Notes: a model not told the origin generated them from the letters alone. A stretch of DNA of 64,000 nt from an uncultured Gemmatimonadaceae bacterium (GCA_963751275.1 CAVVTZ010000006.1:12365-76364); one strand, 5' to 3'; positions 1-11,359 are shown, counted from the first letter of the stretch. Program-made: numbers and translations.

Positions 1-475
1 TGGAGCGGCGGTACCAGATCGTCAGCTGCCACAGCGCGAGCACGTAGCCCGCGAACGCGACGATGAACGCCGAGTGGAAGATGAGCTTCGCGTTGCCGCC
101 CGGGCCCACGAGCGTGCCCGCGATGTGCGCCGCGAAGAGGCTCACCACCAGCTGATAGATGAACCACTTCCCCAGCAGGGCCCCATGTTCTCCATCATGC
201 CCTTGTAGAGCGTCATGATCACCACCGGTCCTCGATCGGCCTTCGCCTTGAACTCCGGCGTCTTCAGCTCGGCCATGTCCTTCGGGACGCGGGATCATGT
301 AGTCGCCGGGCGGCAGGTTGAACGGACGCAGCGCGTCCATGATCTGGTCCTGGTTCGGCACCAGCGGGTAGTCGCCCTTGTGCCACGGCAACACCATGTG
401 GATGAGCGAGCTCGCGATGAACGCGAAAAGGGTGCCCACGAGGATCGGGAGCCACAACGACAGGAGCGGGGTCAT
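1..475 (-). CDS. Conserved hypothetical membrane protein (runs off the window start; frameshifted)
   Basis: Manual translation from ATG 475 gives MTPLLSLWLPILVGTLFAFIASSLIHMVLPWHKGDY...; hydrophobic reading continues after frame changes near 285 and 180. Confidence 0.65.
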   Translation of the reverse strand, partial: MTPLLSLWLPILVGTLFAFIASSLIHMVLPWHKGDYPLVPNQDQIMDALRPFNLPPGDYMIPRPEGHGRAEDAGVQGEGRSRTGGDHDALQGHDGEHGALLGKWFIYQLVVSLFAAHIAGTLVGPGGNAKLIFHSAFIVAFAGYVLALWQLTIWYRRS

Positions 476-601
476 CAGATACCTCGGTCGTTAGTCGTAC
501 GCGTTTGGAACGGCGGCGTGATCCGTGGGCATCGGGCGCTCTTCGGGCCGGGCACGAATTCGCTGATACTATAGTAGAGGTCCCGCCCCGTCAAACGCGC
601 G

Positions 602-1057
602 CTATCGCGTTCGCTTCGCGCGCGCGGCGCGCACGTGCGCGACGTACTTGTCCATTGGGATGGCGGCGATCGCTTGCATGATCGACGGGAGATCGAGGTC
701 CTCGAGTCGCTTGAAGCGCACGCACCCCTTGCCCATGTCAAGGCGCTTGCCCGCCTTCTTGAATCCCGCCTGCAGGGCTTCGAGCGTCGGCTCGTGGCCA
801 TAGACGCTCATGAGGTGGAGCGAGATCTTGAGCCTCTGCCCGTCGAGCGCGGCGTAGAGCAGCGGCTGGCCATTGTACGTTTCCGCGCACACCGAGAGCG
901 GCACGGCCCAGGTGATCATGCCGTGGCCCATCATCTCCCGATAACCCCCAGGAATCGCTTTGTTGACGAGCGCGCGCATCGCGCTGACCACCGTACGGCG
1001 GTCGGCGGGGAGGGACTTGAGATAGGCGGCGGGCGTTGTCGCGGAGCCGGATGCCAT
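602..1057 (-). CDS. DUF1801/YdhG-like protein
   Basis: 151-aa ORF with YLKSLPADRR, YNGQPL and LDMGKGCVRFK, motifs typical of the family. Confidence 0.8.
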   Translation of the reverse strand: MASGSATTPAAYLKSLPADRRTVVSAMRALVNKAIPGGYREMMGHGMITWAVPLSVCAETYNGQPLLYAALDGQRLKISLHLMSVYGHEPTLEALQAGFKKAGKRLDMGKGCVRFKRLEDLDLPSIMQAIAAIPMDKYVAHVRAARAKRTR

Positions 1058-1093
1058 TGACTGCCGAGGGGAAACGGGAAACGGGAAACGGGA

Positions 1094-1501
1094 CTACTGC
1101 TTCGAGAAGCTATCCCGCACGTCCGCTCGCATCAAATACCAGATCATCAAGCCGCCGATCGGGAGGCCGATCAATGTGCGGAGATCGTGGCGGACGATCG
1201 CGTTCATCGAATCGCCGGCGAGGTTCGCGACCAGGATCGCGATCGCCAATCGCCTGCCCCACTCGGCGCCGCGCCACAGGCCGGCGGCGGCGAGCGCACA
1301 GGCGCAGGACACGGACGCCATCACGAGCGGGCCGAATGCGCCCATCGCCGCGAGATCATCGCGCGTGGAGGGCTTGAGGCTCCACATCGCGTTCCACCGC
1401 TCTCCGGGCGTGAGCAGCGCGATGCACGTGACGCCCGCGATCAGTGCGCCGGCGGCGAAGAAGAGCGTCAGCGCGACAATGCCAGCGCGGCGCGAGCTCA
1501 G
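1094..1501 (-). CDS. Small multi-TM membrane protein (start uncertain)
   Basis: C-terminal 136 codons of ORF 1094..2350, about 4 hydrophobic segments; begins overlapping the acyltransferase stop at 1498-1500. Confidence 0.55.
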   Translation of the reverse strand: MSSRRAGIVALTLFFAAGALIAGVTCIALLTPGERWNAMWSLKPSTRDDLAAMGAFGPLVMASVSCACALAAAGLWRGAEWGRRLAIAILVANLAGDSMNAIVRHDLRTLIGLPIGGLMIWYLMRADVRDSFSKQ

Positions 1502-2802
1502 CGCACGTCTCCCAATGCAGCCGCCACTTCGCCGGCGAGCTGCCGGCGGCGCGCGGTCAGCCGGCCAATGCGTATCCCCATGGAACGCGCGCAGCCAGAG
1601 GGCGCGCGCCCACTCCATGACGCCGGAAGCGAGCTCGCCGTAGCGCAGCGCCACGTAGCCCGTCACCGCCGCCAGCGCGAAGAAGGGCACGATCCACACG
1701 GCGCCGCATAGCACGCCCACCACGATCGATTCCACGATCCACGCGCCCCCCACGAACAGGATTCCCGAGAGCAGCTTCACGGTGCCCAGCACGTCATCGC
1801 TCTCCGCGTTCCGCTCGGCGACCAGCCCGGCGAGGCGATAGGGGACCCAGCCCAGCACTGCTCCAATGTCGGCGAAGGGCAGCAGCACGATCAGTCGCAC
1901 GAGCGCCCACAGGAACGTCGTGAGACGCACCGGCTCCAGCTCGAGCGACCACGGGTCGCGCACGCCCATGCGGCGCAGCATGCGCGCGTAGTCGCGCGCG
2001 CGTCTCGCGATCCGGTCCACGCGCGCCGGGTCGCTCGCGCTCATCCGCTGGTACGCGTCGGCCAGACGGCGCGCCCGGCGATTGCGCGCGACCGGATCCA
2101 GCGCATCGCCGTCGGAGGCCGTCCACACGGCCACGAGCGCGACGCCGTCGAGCAGCTCGCGCGATTCGGCCTGCAGCACCACCTCGTCGAGCTTCCTGCG
2201 GATCACCTGCGTGAGATCGTGCACGGCCGCGCGCTCGTCGCGCGCGTAGTCCGCGAGGAGCGGCGCCACCGCGATCGGCTCGCCGGCCACGAGCAGCACG
2301 GACGAGCGGAAGGTCACCTTGTCCTCGAAATGAAGCCCCACGGGCACCACGGTGAGGCCGAATGCGACTCCGCTTCCGCCGAGAGCGCGATGCGCGCCGC
2401 GCCGGTCTTGAGCGCACGCAGCGCGGGATCCGAATGCGACGCGCCCTCGGGAAAGAGCGCGATCGCGCCGCCGCGCGCGAGCTCGGCGCGGCAGAGGGCG
2501 AAGCTCTCCTCGTTGCGCGACACATCGCCCGCCCGGTCACCCGACTCGTGCGCGCGATAAACAGGAATGGTGCCGAAGGCGCGCATGGCGGCGCGGCCGA
2601 GCGGATTGTCGAAGAGGGTGCTCTTGGCGAGGAAGCGCACGGGGCGCCCCGTAGCCACGCGCACCACGATGGGATCGAGCAGGCCGTTGGGATGATTGAG
2701 CGCGAGGACGACGGGCCCCGCGGCGGGAAAGCGATCGGCGTGCTCGACGACGCGCACGGGATAGTAGAGGCGGACGAGGGCCTCGAAGAGGGCGGAGATC
2801 AC
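1498..2802 (-). CDS. PlsC-family (lysophospholipid) acyltransferase with C-terminal TM region, frameshifted
   Basis: NHPNGLLD (HX4D), RFLAK and FPEG motifs; continues in ORF 1094..2350 after a shift near 2355; a second shift near 1565 gives ...LGDVR-stop. Confidence 0.8.
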
Positions 2803-2809
2803 GGGTCTA

Positions 2810-2925
2810 AACTACGCGGGAAGCGGGAAGCGGGAAGCGCCGCGGGATGCGAGAACAGCGCGTGGGACTCCCCAGGCTCTTCTCGCACATCGCGGCGCTT
2901 CCCGCTTCCCGCTTCCCGCGTAGTT
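2810..2925. repeat. Palindrome built from GGGAAGC heptamers; possible terminator of the oxidase operon
   Basis: aactacgcgggaagcgggaagcgggaagcgccgcg ... cgcggcgcttcccgcttcccgcttcccgcgtagtt, directly after the last operon stop; a related GGGAAAC x3 lies at about 1069-1093. Confidence 0.85.
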
Positions 2926-3061
2926 AGTTCGCCGTTCTATCCCGCCGCCGCCAGGCGAGCCAGGTGATCACGCTCACCACAAGGAACGCCGGCACCGCGA
3001 GGATCCACATCCCGCTCATCATGCCGTCCAGGAACTCGGCCATCGGGCCGCCCATGATCAT
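2924..3061 (-). CDS. 45-aa single-TM protein closing the oxidase operon
   Basis: ATGA overlap with the subunit IV stop; MIMGGPMAEFLDGMMSGMWILAVPAFLVVSVITWLAWRRRDRTAN. Confidence 0.6.
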   Translation of the reverse strand: MIMGGPMAEFLDGMMSGMWILAVPAFLVVSVITWLAWRRRDRTAN

Positions 3062-3381
3062 GGCGCGGGCGTGGCGGCGCGCAGGTGCAGGAGGCGGAAG
3101 GCGTCGGGCCAGATCTGGTTCATCATCAGCAGCGCGAAGATCAGATAGGGGATGAGCGCCAGGAAGAGCGCGCGGCGCTCCCACTTCATGTGCATGAAGT
3201 ACATGAGCCCCAGCCCCGCCTCGATGAGCGCCAGCACCAGCAGCGCCAGGAAGAGCGTGAGGGTGGGCAGGCCGCGGTAGGTGAGCACCACCTCCACCGC
3301 GACGATGAGCAGCAGCCCCAACCAGACGATCACGTAGAACTTCATCCCCGGCTCGGGGCGGGACTGCGTGTTGGCGGTCAT
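3058..3381 (-). CDS. ctaF: Haem-copper oxidase subunit IV (CtaF/CyoD-like)
   Basis: 3 TM helices, YFMHMKWE motif, position in the cox operon. Confidence 0.85.
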   Translation of the reverse strand: MTANTQSRPEPGMKFYVIVWLGLLLIVAVEVVLTYRGLPTLTLFLALLVLALIEAGLGLMYFMHMKWERRALFLALIPYLIFALLMMNQIWPDAFRLLHLRAATPAP

Positions 3382-3391
3382 GGCGCGGCCT

Positions 3392-4021
3392 CTACTTGGC
3401 GTTCATCAGGTAGACGAGCGGGAAGACGAACATCCACACCAGATCGACGAAATGCCAATACAGGCTCGTGGTCTCGATGTGTCCCGGCTTGAGGCGGCCG
3501 CGCCGGAACATGAGCGCGACCACCGTGAGCGCGACGACGCCCGAGATCACGTGCAGGAGATGCAGCCCCGTGATCCCGAAGAAGGTGGCGCCGAAGAGCA
3601 CCGATCCGCCCTCGGGATTCTTCGATGGGCTCCACCCTTCGCCGAACATGCTGAACCACTCGCGGATATGGAGCGTCGCGAAGACCACGCCGAGCAGCAC
3701 CGTGGCGCCCATCCATTTCACCGTGGCCGGGCGGTCCTCCCGCTTCGCCGCCGCCACCGCCGCGATCATCGTGAGGCTGCTCGTGAGCAGCACGAAGGTC
3801 ATCACGAGGCCGTTCACGATCGAGGGGAAGAAGGCGAAGGGACGCGTCCAGTCGGGGCTGCCCACGCGCAGATAGCCGTACGCGAAGAGGAGCGCGCCGA
3901 AGGTGGCCGCATCCGCGATGATGAACAGCCACATCACGAACTTCTTGGACTCGATCGCGAACGGAGATGGTTCCATCGCCGCCCCATGTCCCCCGCTCGT
4001 CGTCACAGCAGAATCGGCCAC
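3392..4021 (-). CDS. ctaE: Cytochrome c oxidase subunit III
   Basis: MWLFI, LLTSS, TGLHLLHV and LYWHFVDLVW motifs. Confidence 0.92.
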   Translation of the reverse strand: MADSAVTTSGGHGAAMEPSPFAIESKKFVMWLFIIADAATFGALLFAYGYLRVGSPDWTRPFAFFPSIVNGLVMTFVLLTSSLTMIAAVAAAKREDRPATVKWMGATVLLGVVFATLHIREWFSMFGEGWSPSKNPEGGSVLFGATFFGITGLHLLHVISGVVALTVVALMFRRGRLKPGHIETTSLYWHFVDLVWMFVFPLVYLMNAK

Positions 4022-4040
4022 GTCGCCTCCCGACGGCTGA

Positions 4041-4604
4041 TCACACCCGCATCCAGAGGATCAAGAGCAGATAGAGCCAGAGCGCCAGCATGAAGTGCCA
4101 ATAGAGCGCCGCGGCGGCGAGCGCATTGAGCGGATCCGCCCCGCCGGCGCGCGACACGCGCACCGACACGTACGAGAGCGCGATGAGCCCGCCGATCACG
4201 TGCAGCGCGTGCAGCACGGTGAACAGGTAGAAGAACGCGCTGCTGGGCGCCGTGGCGAGATACAGACCCTGCGCCACGAGCGCGCGCCACGCCACGAACT
4301 GGCCGGCGAGGAAGAGCAGCCCCAGTCCGAGCGTCGCGTACAGCAGGCTGCGTCCCGCCGGCGACCCGAGATCGCCCGCGAGCCGCCGCCGGCTCAGTTC
4401 CAGCGTGCCGCTGCTCACCAGGAGCACGAGCGTGTTGACGAGCAGGATCGATGGCAGCTGGAAGCGCACCCAGTCGGTGGCGCCGCCCTGGCGGATGACC
4501 AGCGCGCTCGTGAGCGCGGCGAAGAACATCGCGATCGCGAGGATCCCGACCAGCACGCCGGTGCGCGCCGGCGATTCGTAGCGGGCCGCGGTGGGTGCCG
4601 TCAC
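4041..4604 (-). CDS. Second cytochrome c oxidase subunit III-family protein
   Basis: NTLVLLVSS, LHALHV and LYWHFM motifs; GTG start abuts the coxA stop. Confidence 0.88.
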   Translation of the reverse strand: MTAPTAARYESPARTGVLVGILAIAMFFAALTSALVIRQGGATDWVRFQLPSILLVNTLVLLVSSGTLELSRRRLAGDLGSPAGRSLLYATLGLGLLFLAGQFVAWRALVAQGLYLATAPSSAFFYLFTVLHALHVIGGLIALSYVSVRVSRAGGADPLNALAAAALYWHFMLALWLYLLLILWMRV

Positions 4605-6372
<1,768 letters not shown>

Positions 6373-6387
6373 GCGATCCTCGGCGGC

Positions 6388-7188
6388 TCATTGATTGGCC
6401 TGCGACTTCAGCCATTCCTCGTATTTGTCCTGGGTCATCACTTCGATGTACGCGCGCATGTTGTAGTGCCCGAGCCCGCAGAGCTGCGTGCACACGATCT
6501 CGTGCTTGCCGATCTGCGTCGCGGTGAAATGCAGCGGGATGACGATGCCGGGCACGAAGTCCTGCTGGATGCGCAGTTCGGGCACGAAGAAGGAGTGCCC
6601 CACATCCTTGGAGTGCATGCTGAGCGAGATCTCCCGGTTCACCGGCACCACGAGCGATGCGGAGACGATGTCGTCGCGCGCCGCGGTGTCATTGGCCGGA
6701 TCGAGGCCGAAGTAGTTGTTGTCGGCCTCGGAGATCTTGTCGGGGTGGAGGACGCCGAATTTCCCGTCGGGCCCCGGATAGCGGAAATAGAACGCGAACT
6801 GCCCGGCCTGCGCGTCGATCTGCAGCGCGCCGGCGCCGGCCGGCGCGATGTAGATGGACGCCCATACCTTGGAGCCGACGAGCGTGAGCACCAGCACCTC
6901 GATGCCCACGAGCACGACGGCGAAGATCACCATCGGCCGCGCGCCGCCGGGGAAGATCTTGACCTTCCGTCCATCGCCCCGGTCGGCGAATCGCCAGACG
7001 AAGGTCGCCAGCGCGAACTGCGACACCACGAACAGCACGCCCGACGCGATCATCGTCTCCATCAACTGGTGGTCGATCCCGGCGCCGAGCACCGAAATGT
7101 CGGGCGGGAGCCACCAAATGCGGCTCACGAAGATCGCGGCCGACACGATCGTGATGATCGTGAGGGCGATCGAGAAGAACTTTCCCAC
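6388..7188 (-). CDS. ctaC: Cytochrome c oxidase subunit II (CuA), no fused cytochrome c
   Basis: DVGHSFFVP and CTQLCGLGHYNM CuA motifs; N-terminal TM helices. Confidence 0.93.
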   Translation of the reverse strand: MGKFFSIALTIITIVSAAIFVSRIWWLPPDISVLGAGIDHQLMETMIASGVLFVVSQFALATFVWRFADRGDGRKVKIFPGGARPMVIFAVVLVGIEVLVLTLVGSKVWASIYIAPAGAGALQIDAQAGQFAFYFRYPGPDGKFGVLHPDKISEADNNYFGLDPANDTAARDDIVSASLVVPVNREISLSMHSKDVGHSFFVPELRIQQDFVPGIVIPLHFTATQIGKHEIVCTQLCGLGHYNMRAYIEVMTQDKYEEWLKSQANQ

Positions 7189-7205
7189 GGCGGTCGCCTC
7201 CCCGG

Positions 7206-7970
7206 CTAGTACGGCGTGGCGGTGAAGACGAGATTGACCTTCTGCGTTTCGTTACCCGTAATGGTGACGTCTGCAGTCTTGGTGCCGAACTTCTCCTGCC
7301 ACGCGGTGACGGTGTACTTGCCCGGCGGGAGTCCCGCGAGGCTGAAGGCGCCGTCGGGTCCCGTGACCGCCGAGTGCGAGGTGTTCAGCACCGCGAAGTA
7401 GCCGTGCATCCACGGATGGATGTTGCACTTCACGGGAATGAACTCCGCCTTCTCGTAGGTGACGTCGATCGGCGGCGAGCCCGGCGGCTGCGACTTGTTC
7501 CACTCCGGATTCAGCTTGGGCATCGGGTGGATGTTGTGGGACGTCTGGTCATCGTTCGCGATCTCGAGCTTCTGCCCCGCCTCCATGACCGCGACATGCG
7601 GCAGGTACTGACAGCCCTTCTGCGTGTACTTCGCCGGCGTGGCGGGCGGCGCGGTGTGCGTGTCGCCGGCGGAGATGTAGACCACCACATCGCCCAGCGT
7701 ATTGCCGGGCCCGGTGACGACGAACTCGGTCATCGCGGGTGGATTATGCTCCTTGGCGCAGCTCGGCTCCTTCGCCATGTCGATGGGCTTCATCTTCGGC
7801 GGGGTACCGGTGTACGTGATGATGCCGCTAATGGTGCCGCCGGCGGCGGGTGCGGGCGCCGCGCCGCCGAGGAGCAAGACCAGCGCGGTCGCCGCGCCGG
7901 CGAGCGCGACGGCCGTGGCCGCCGCGCCCGCCGGGAACGCCGGCTTCAGTCGTGAGGGTCGATCCATCAT
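7206..7970 (-). CDS. Secreted cupredoxin-motif protein with carboxypeptidase-regulatory-like domain
   Basis: ATG at 7970 overlaps the upstream TGA; signal peptide; HNIH and CNIHPWM; C-terminal GAFSLAGLPPGKYTVTAW. Confidence 0.8.
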   Translation of the reverse strand: MMDRPSRLKPAFPAGAAATAVALAGAATALVLLLGGAAPAPAAGGTISGIITYTGTPPKMKPIDMAKEPSCAKEHNPPAMTEFVVTGPGNTLGDVVVYISAGDTHTAPPATPAKYTQKGCQYLPHVAVMEAGQKLEIANDDQTSHNIHPMPKLNPEWNKSQPPGSPPIDVTYEKAEFIPVKCNIHPWMHGYFAVLNTSHSAVTGPDGAFSLAGLPPGKYTVTAWQEKFGTKTADVTITGNETQKVNLVFTATPY

Positions 7971-8815
7971 TGTGTGCCTCCATCCGGCCCAATGGGCTTG
8001 AGTGTGTTGGGATGTTCGCTGACGTACTGCTTGTACAGCGCCGACTCCTGCGTGACCAGCAGGGGCTGCAGGGTGCGCAGGAAGTGCACGAGGTCCCACG
8101 CCTCATCCGGCTTGAGATTGTCGGCGAAGGACGGCATCGGCGTGCCATCGAGTCCGGTCATGAAGTCGCGGTAGATGTCCGCGTTCGTCGTGCCGCACTT
8201 GAAGCGCTCGCCGGTGGAGAAATTGTACGGACGGATCGGGTTGTCCTTGCTGTCGGTGAGGGTGGACGCCGACGGGCCGTCGCCGTGGCCCGTGGGGCCA
8301 TGGCATTTCCAGCATTCGAGCTTCTGGTACAGCGCGCGCCCTCGGAGCACGCTCTCCGTCGTGATCGGCGTCTCCGGCGGGATCTCAATGGGCTTCGCCG
8401 GCTGCGCGCTCGCCCACTTGTTGGAGAACGTCTTGATGTACGCCACCAGGTTCACGCGCGTCTGCTCCGTGAGCGGGAGCCAGGACGGCATGTTGGTGAA
8501 GACGAAGCCGCGCGTGACGGAGTTGTACAGATCCTGGTCCGTCGGCAGCGAGCCCGACAGTGTGGAGCGGCACTTGAACACGGCCTCCGTGAAGTCGCGG
8601 GGCTTGGGGTCGATGTACGGCGCGTTCTCACCGTTGCCATCGCCATCCACGCCGTGACATCCGATGCAGAAACGCTGATACGACTTGTGTCCATCTTCCA
8701 CGCTGCCGGTGCGCCCGTCGACGACGACCGGCTGCTGCGCGCGCAGCGAGGCGGCGCCCCAGAGGAGCATGCTCGTTCCGGCGGCGACCGCGATCCTGCT
8801 CGTGTAGGATTTCAT
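7967..8815 (-). CDS. Periplasmic dihaem cytochrome c
   Basis: Signal peptide; CIGCH and CWKCH, each followed by a candidate axial Met (NMPSW, PMPSF); two similar halves. Confidence 0.92.
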   Translation of the reverse strand: MKSYTSRIAVAAGTSMLLWGAASLRAQQPVVVDGRTGSVEDGHKSYQRFCIGCHGVDGDGNGENAPYIDPKPRDFTEAVFKCRSTLSGSLPTDQDLYNSVTRGFVFTNMPSWLPLTEQTRVNLVAYIKTFSNKWASAQPAKPIEIPPETPITTESVLRGRALYQKLECWKCHGPTGHGDGPSASTLTDSKDNPIRPYNFSTGERFKCGTTNADIYRDFMTGLDGTPMPSFADNLKPDEAWDLVHFLRTLQPLLVTQESALYKQYVSEHPNTLKPIGPDGGTQ

Positions 8816-8825
8816 CGGTGGCCTC

Positions 8826-10359
8826 CTAGAAAGCGAAGTCGAGCGCGAGCAGCACGCTGCTGCTATTCACAATGGCGGTCGGGTTGAGCGGCGGCGCACC
8901 CACGCCATCGCCACTCAACGGGACGCCGCCCACGGTCCTGCTCAGCGAATACTCAACATGGAAGGCCAGTCCGTCCCGGCTGAACATGAAGGGATACGAC
9001 CGGAGTCCGATGACGTACTGATCCGTGTTGCCGTAGTTGCTCGCATTGTCCGGATCGGACTGCTGCGTCATGTGCACCTGTTCATAGCGGCCGATGATGA
9101 TGAACTGCGAGTTCGGGATATAGTGCACTTCGAGCAGCGCACCGTTCCATTCGGCGTTCTTCGCGCCGGACGGCACCGCATCGGTGCCCGCCAGCCCGAG
9201 TCCGAGATACACGTTGTCGGACGCGTGCATGAATTGCGGAAGGAATTCGAAGTTCCCGAACCAGAGCTGCGCCGTGGCGCCGATCCGGTAGAAGCTCTTG
9301 TTCATCGAGCCGGTGCCGCCGATCACTTCGCCACCGGACGTCTGGCTGAGCGTCGGATACTGGCCGAGGACGCCGAAGAGGCCGACGCGCTGCGGTCCGA
9401 GCGATTTCGACTGCCAGCCCTTGCTCAGCGTGAAGACGCCGTCGAGCCCTTGCCCGGTGCCGGGGGGAAGGCCGGGCGTGCCGTCGGCGTCGCTGACGAA
9501 CGCGACGGTGTAGCGCATCCAGCTGCTCGCGTCGTGCCCCATCAACTCGATGCCGAGCTGGTTGTCGCCCATGCCGAAGGGATTGGAGTCCCCAATGGGC
9601 ACGAAGTGGTACTGCGAGTAGAAGGAGCCGTTGTTCGAGAGTGTCTCGATGCGCTTCTCCGACAGGAGATTGTCGAGCTCGAACTTGCCCATCTTGATGT
9701 TGACCCAGCTGCTGCCGACGTTGTCGAAACGCACGAACGCCGTCTCGATGCCCATCGTGCCGTCGGGATCGAGCGTCGGCACGAGGCCGAAGGTGATGTT
9801 CTTGTAGAGGGTGCCGAGCATCAGGAAGTCGATGCCCGAGAGATCGAAGCCGGCCTGCGTGATCGTCTTGGAGACGCAGCAGGTGAGTCGGATCACCCGG
9901 CGTCGCGTCCACCGGCTGGTTGGTGGTGGTCTCGATGTGGTACTGCGGCGTGGTGCGCAGCGAGATCGGCCAGTACGACGGATTCTGCCAGATCGGAGAA
10001 TCCTTCTCGTTGCCGAGCTGGTAGCCGCGGTCCTTGAAGGCCTGGCCGAACGGATTGAGCTCGGGCCACGTGGTGTGGCAGGCGGAACAGGGGAGATCGT
10101 ACTTCCGCGCGAAGGCCGGGATCCGCTTCTTCGCGAAGTTGGCGAAGGTCTCGCGGCCGGTGGTGGTGGCGGGTGCCGCGCTATTGAGCGAGGCGGTGTA
10201 GGCCTTATACGCCGCGTTCAGATCGGGCGACGGCGCCGGGGCGTCGGTCATCGCGGATGAACTTAGAAAGATCGCCGCGGGGAACAGCAGTGGCCCGAAG
10301 ATCGCGACAGTCCATCGCCGCCCGCGTACACCCGGCCGTACGGGTAGCAGATTCGCCAT
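8826..10359 (-). CDS. Cyc2-like outer-membrane cytochrome c-porin fusion (frameshift near 9880)
   Basis: N-part IPAFARKYDLPCSACHTTWPELNPFGQAFKDRGY; C-part of alternating amphipathic strands ending LALDFAF; GAGGAGG RBS; about 510 aa joined. Confidence 0.82.
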
Positions 10360-10447
10360 ATGTCCTCCTCTAGGAGATCACCGCGTATCGTGCGCATCGC
10401 CGCGAGACGCGATCGTTCAACGGTCTCGCAACAATTCGGTCGCGCTA

Positions 10448-10476
10448 TTTGTAGGGAGAATTGCCGATGCTGTCAA
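10448..10476 (-). promoter_or_regulatory. Putative sigma70 promoter of the cytochrome-porin/oxidase operon
   Basis: Minus strand TTGACA-N17-TACAAA, about 90 nt upstream of the ATG at 10359. Confidence 0.55.
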
Positions 10477-10584
10477 TGAGGAATCCGAACATTTCACCGC
10501 TGCAATGTTCGCGCGGAGATTGGAAATCGCTTATCGAGCGCCCGGAGTGGCGGTCGGCGTGCCATGAGCGGGATCGCGACGATC

Positions 10585-11359
10585 TCATCGGTAGATCTTC
10601 CAGGCCACCTCGCGCGGCAACAGCACGCGCGCCCGGAGATCGTAGCGCGACTCCGCCCACGCGATGAGTTTCGGCAGCGTCTCGGCTTGCACGGCGGGCG
10701 GAACGTTCCAGGTGTACGAGCACTTGCCGGTGACGATGCGCGAGAGGAATTCGCCGAGCGTCATGCTGAAATCGCCGGGGAAGCGGCGCTCGGCGGTCCG
10801 CTTGAATCCGATCTTCGCGAGTTCCGATCCCACCTGTTCCTCGGTGCGCGCACCCGGATGGAAGGGATCGACGACGCCCGCCGCTTCGAAGAGTGCGCGC
10901 GCCTTCTCGCGCATCTCGAGCCACGCTTCGTCGGGGGCGCCGTTCCCCCATTCGTGCAGCAGCGGCGCGCCGGGCTTGAGCACGCGGCGGATCTCGGCGA
11001 GCACGTCGCGCCAGTCGGGCATCACGTAGAGCACGCGCGCGATGAGCACGCCGTCGAAGCTCGCATTCGGGAACGGGAGCGGCGATCCGGCCCCGCGCAC
11101 GACCGTAACGGGCAACGCGCCCGCTTTCTCGCGCAACACCTGCAACATCCCGTCCGCGGGCTCGAGCGCGGTGACGTGGAAGCCGAGCGTGGCGAAGGGG
11201 ATCGCGACACGCCCGGTACCCGCGCCTACTTCGAGGAGCTCGCTGCCGGCTTTGAGTCCCGCGGCGCCGGCGAGCTCGTTGGCATGCGTGGCAGCTAATT
11301 CGCCGTGCCGCGTGTCGTACGACGAAGCCGCGGGCGAAAAATCGACGCGGAACCGGCAT
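10585..11359 (-). CDS. Class I SAM-dependent methyltransferase (start approximate)
   Basis: LLEVGAGTG motif I, LPFPNASFD, RVLKPG; the ATG at 11359 is out of frame, so a 5' frameshift is probable. Confidence 0.85.

Noticed and set aside
1094..2350. Acyltransferase fused to a membrane domain
   Set aside because: A frame change near 1565 restores a natural acyltransferase end at 1498-1500, so the fusion looks like an indel artefact.
7206..10359. Alternative complex III or MtrAB/MtoAB conduit upstream of the oxidase
   Set aside because: There is no penta- or decahaem cytochrome, molybdopterin-like subunit or NrfD-like subunit; only one monohaem-porin and one dihaem protein.
10550..10564. sigma54 promoter (TGGCACG-N4-CCGC, minus strand)
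   Set aside because: The -12 element deviates from TTGC, and a better sigma70 candidate lies closer to the gene.
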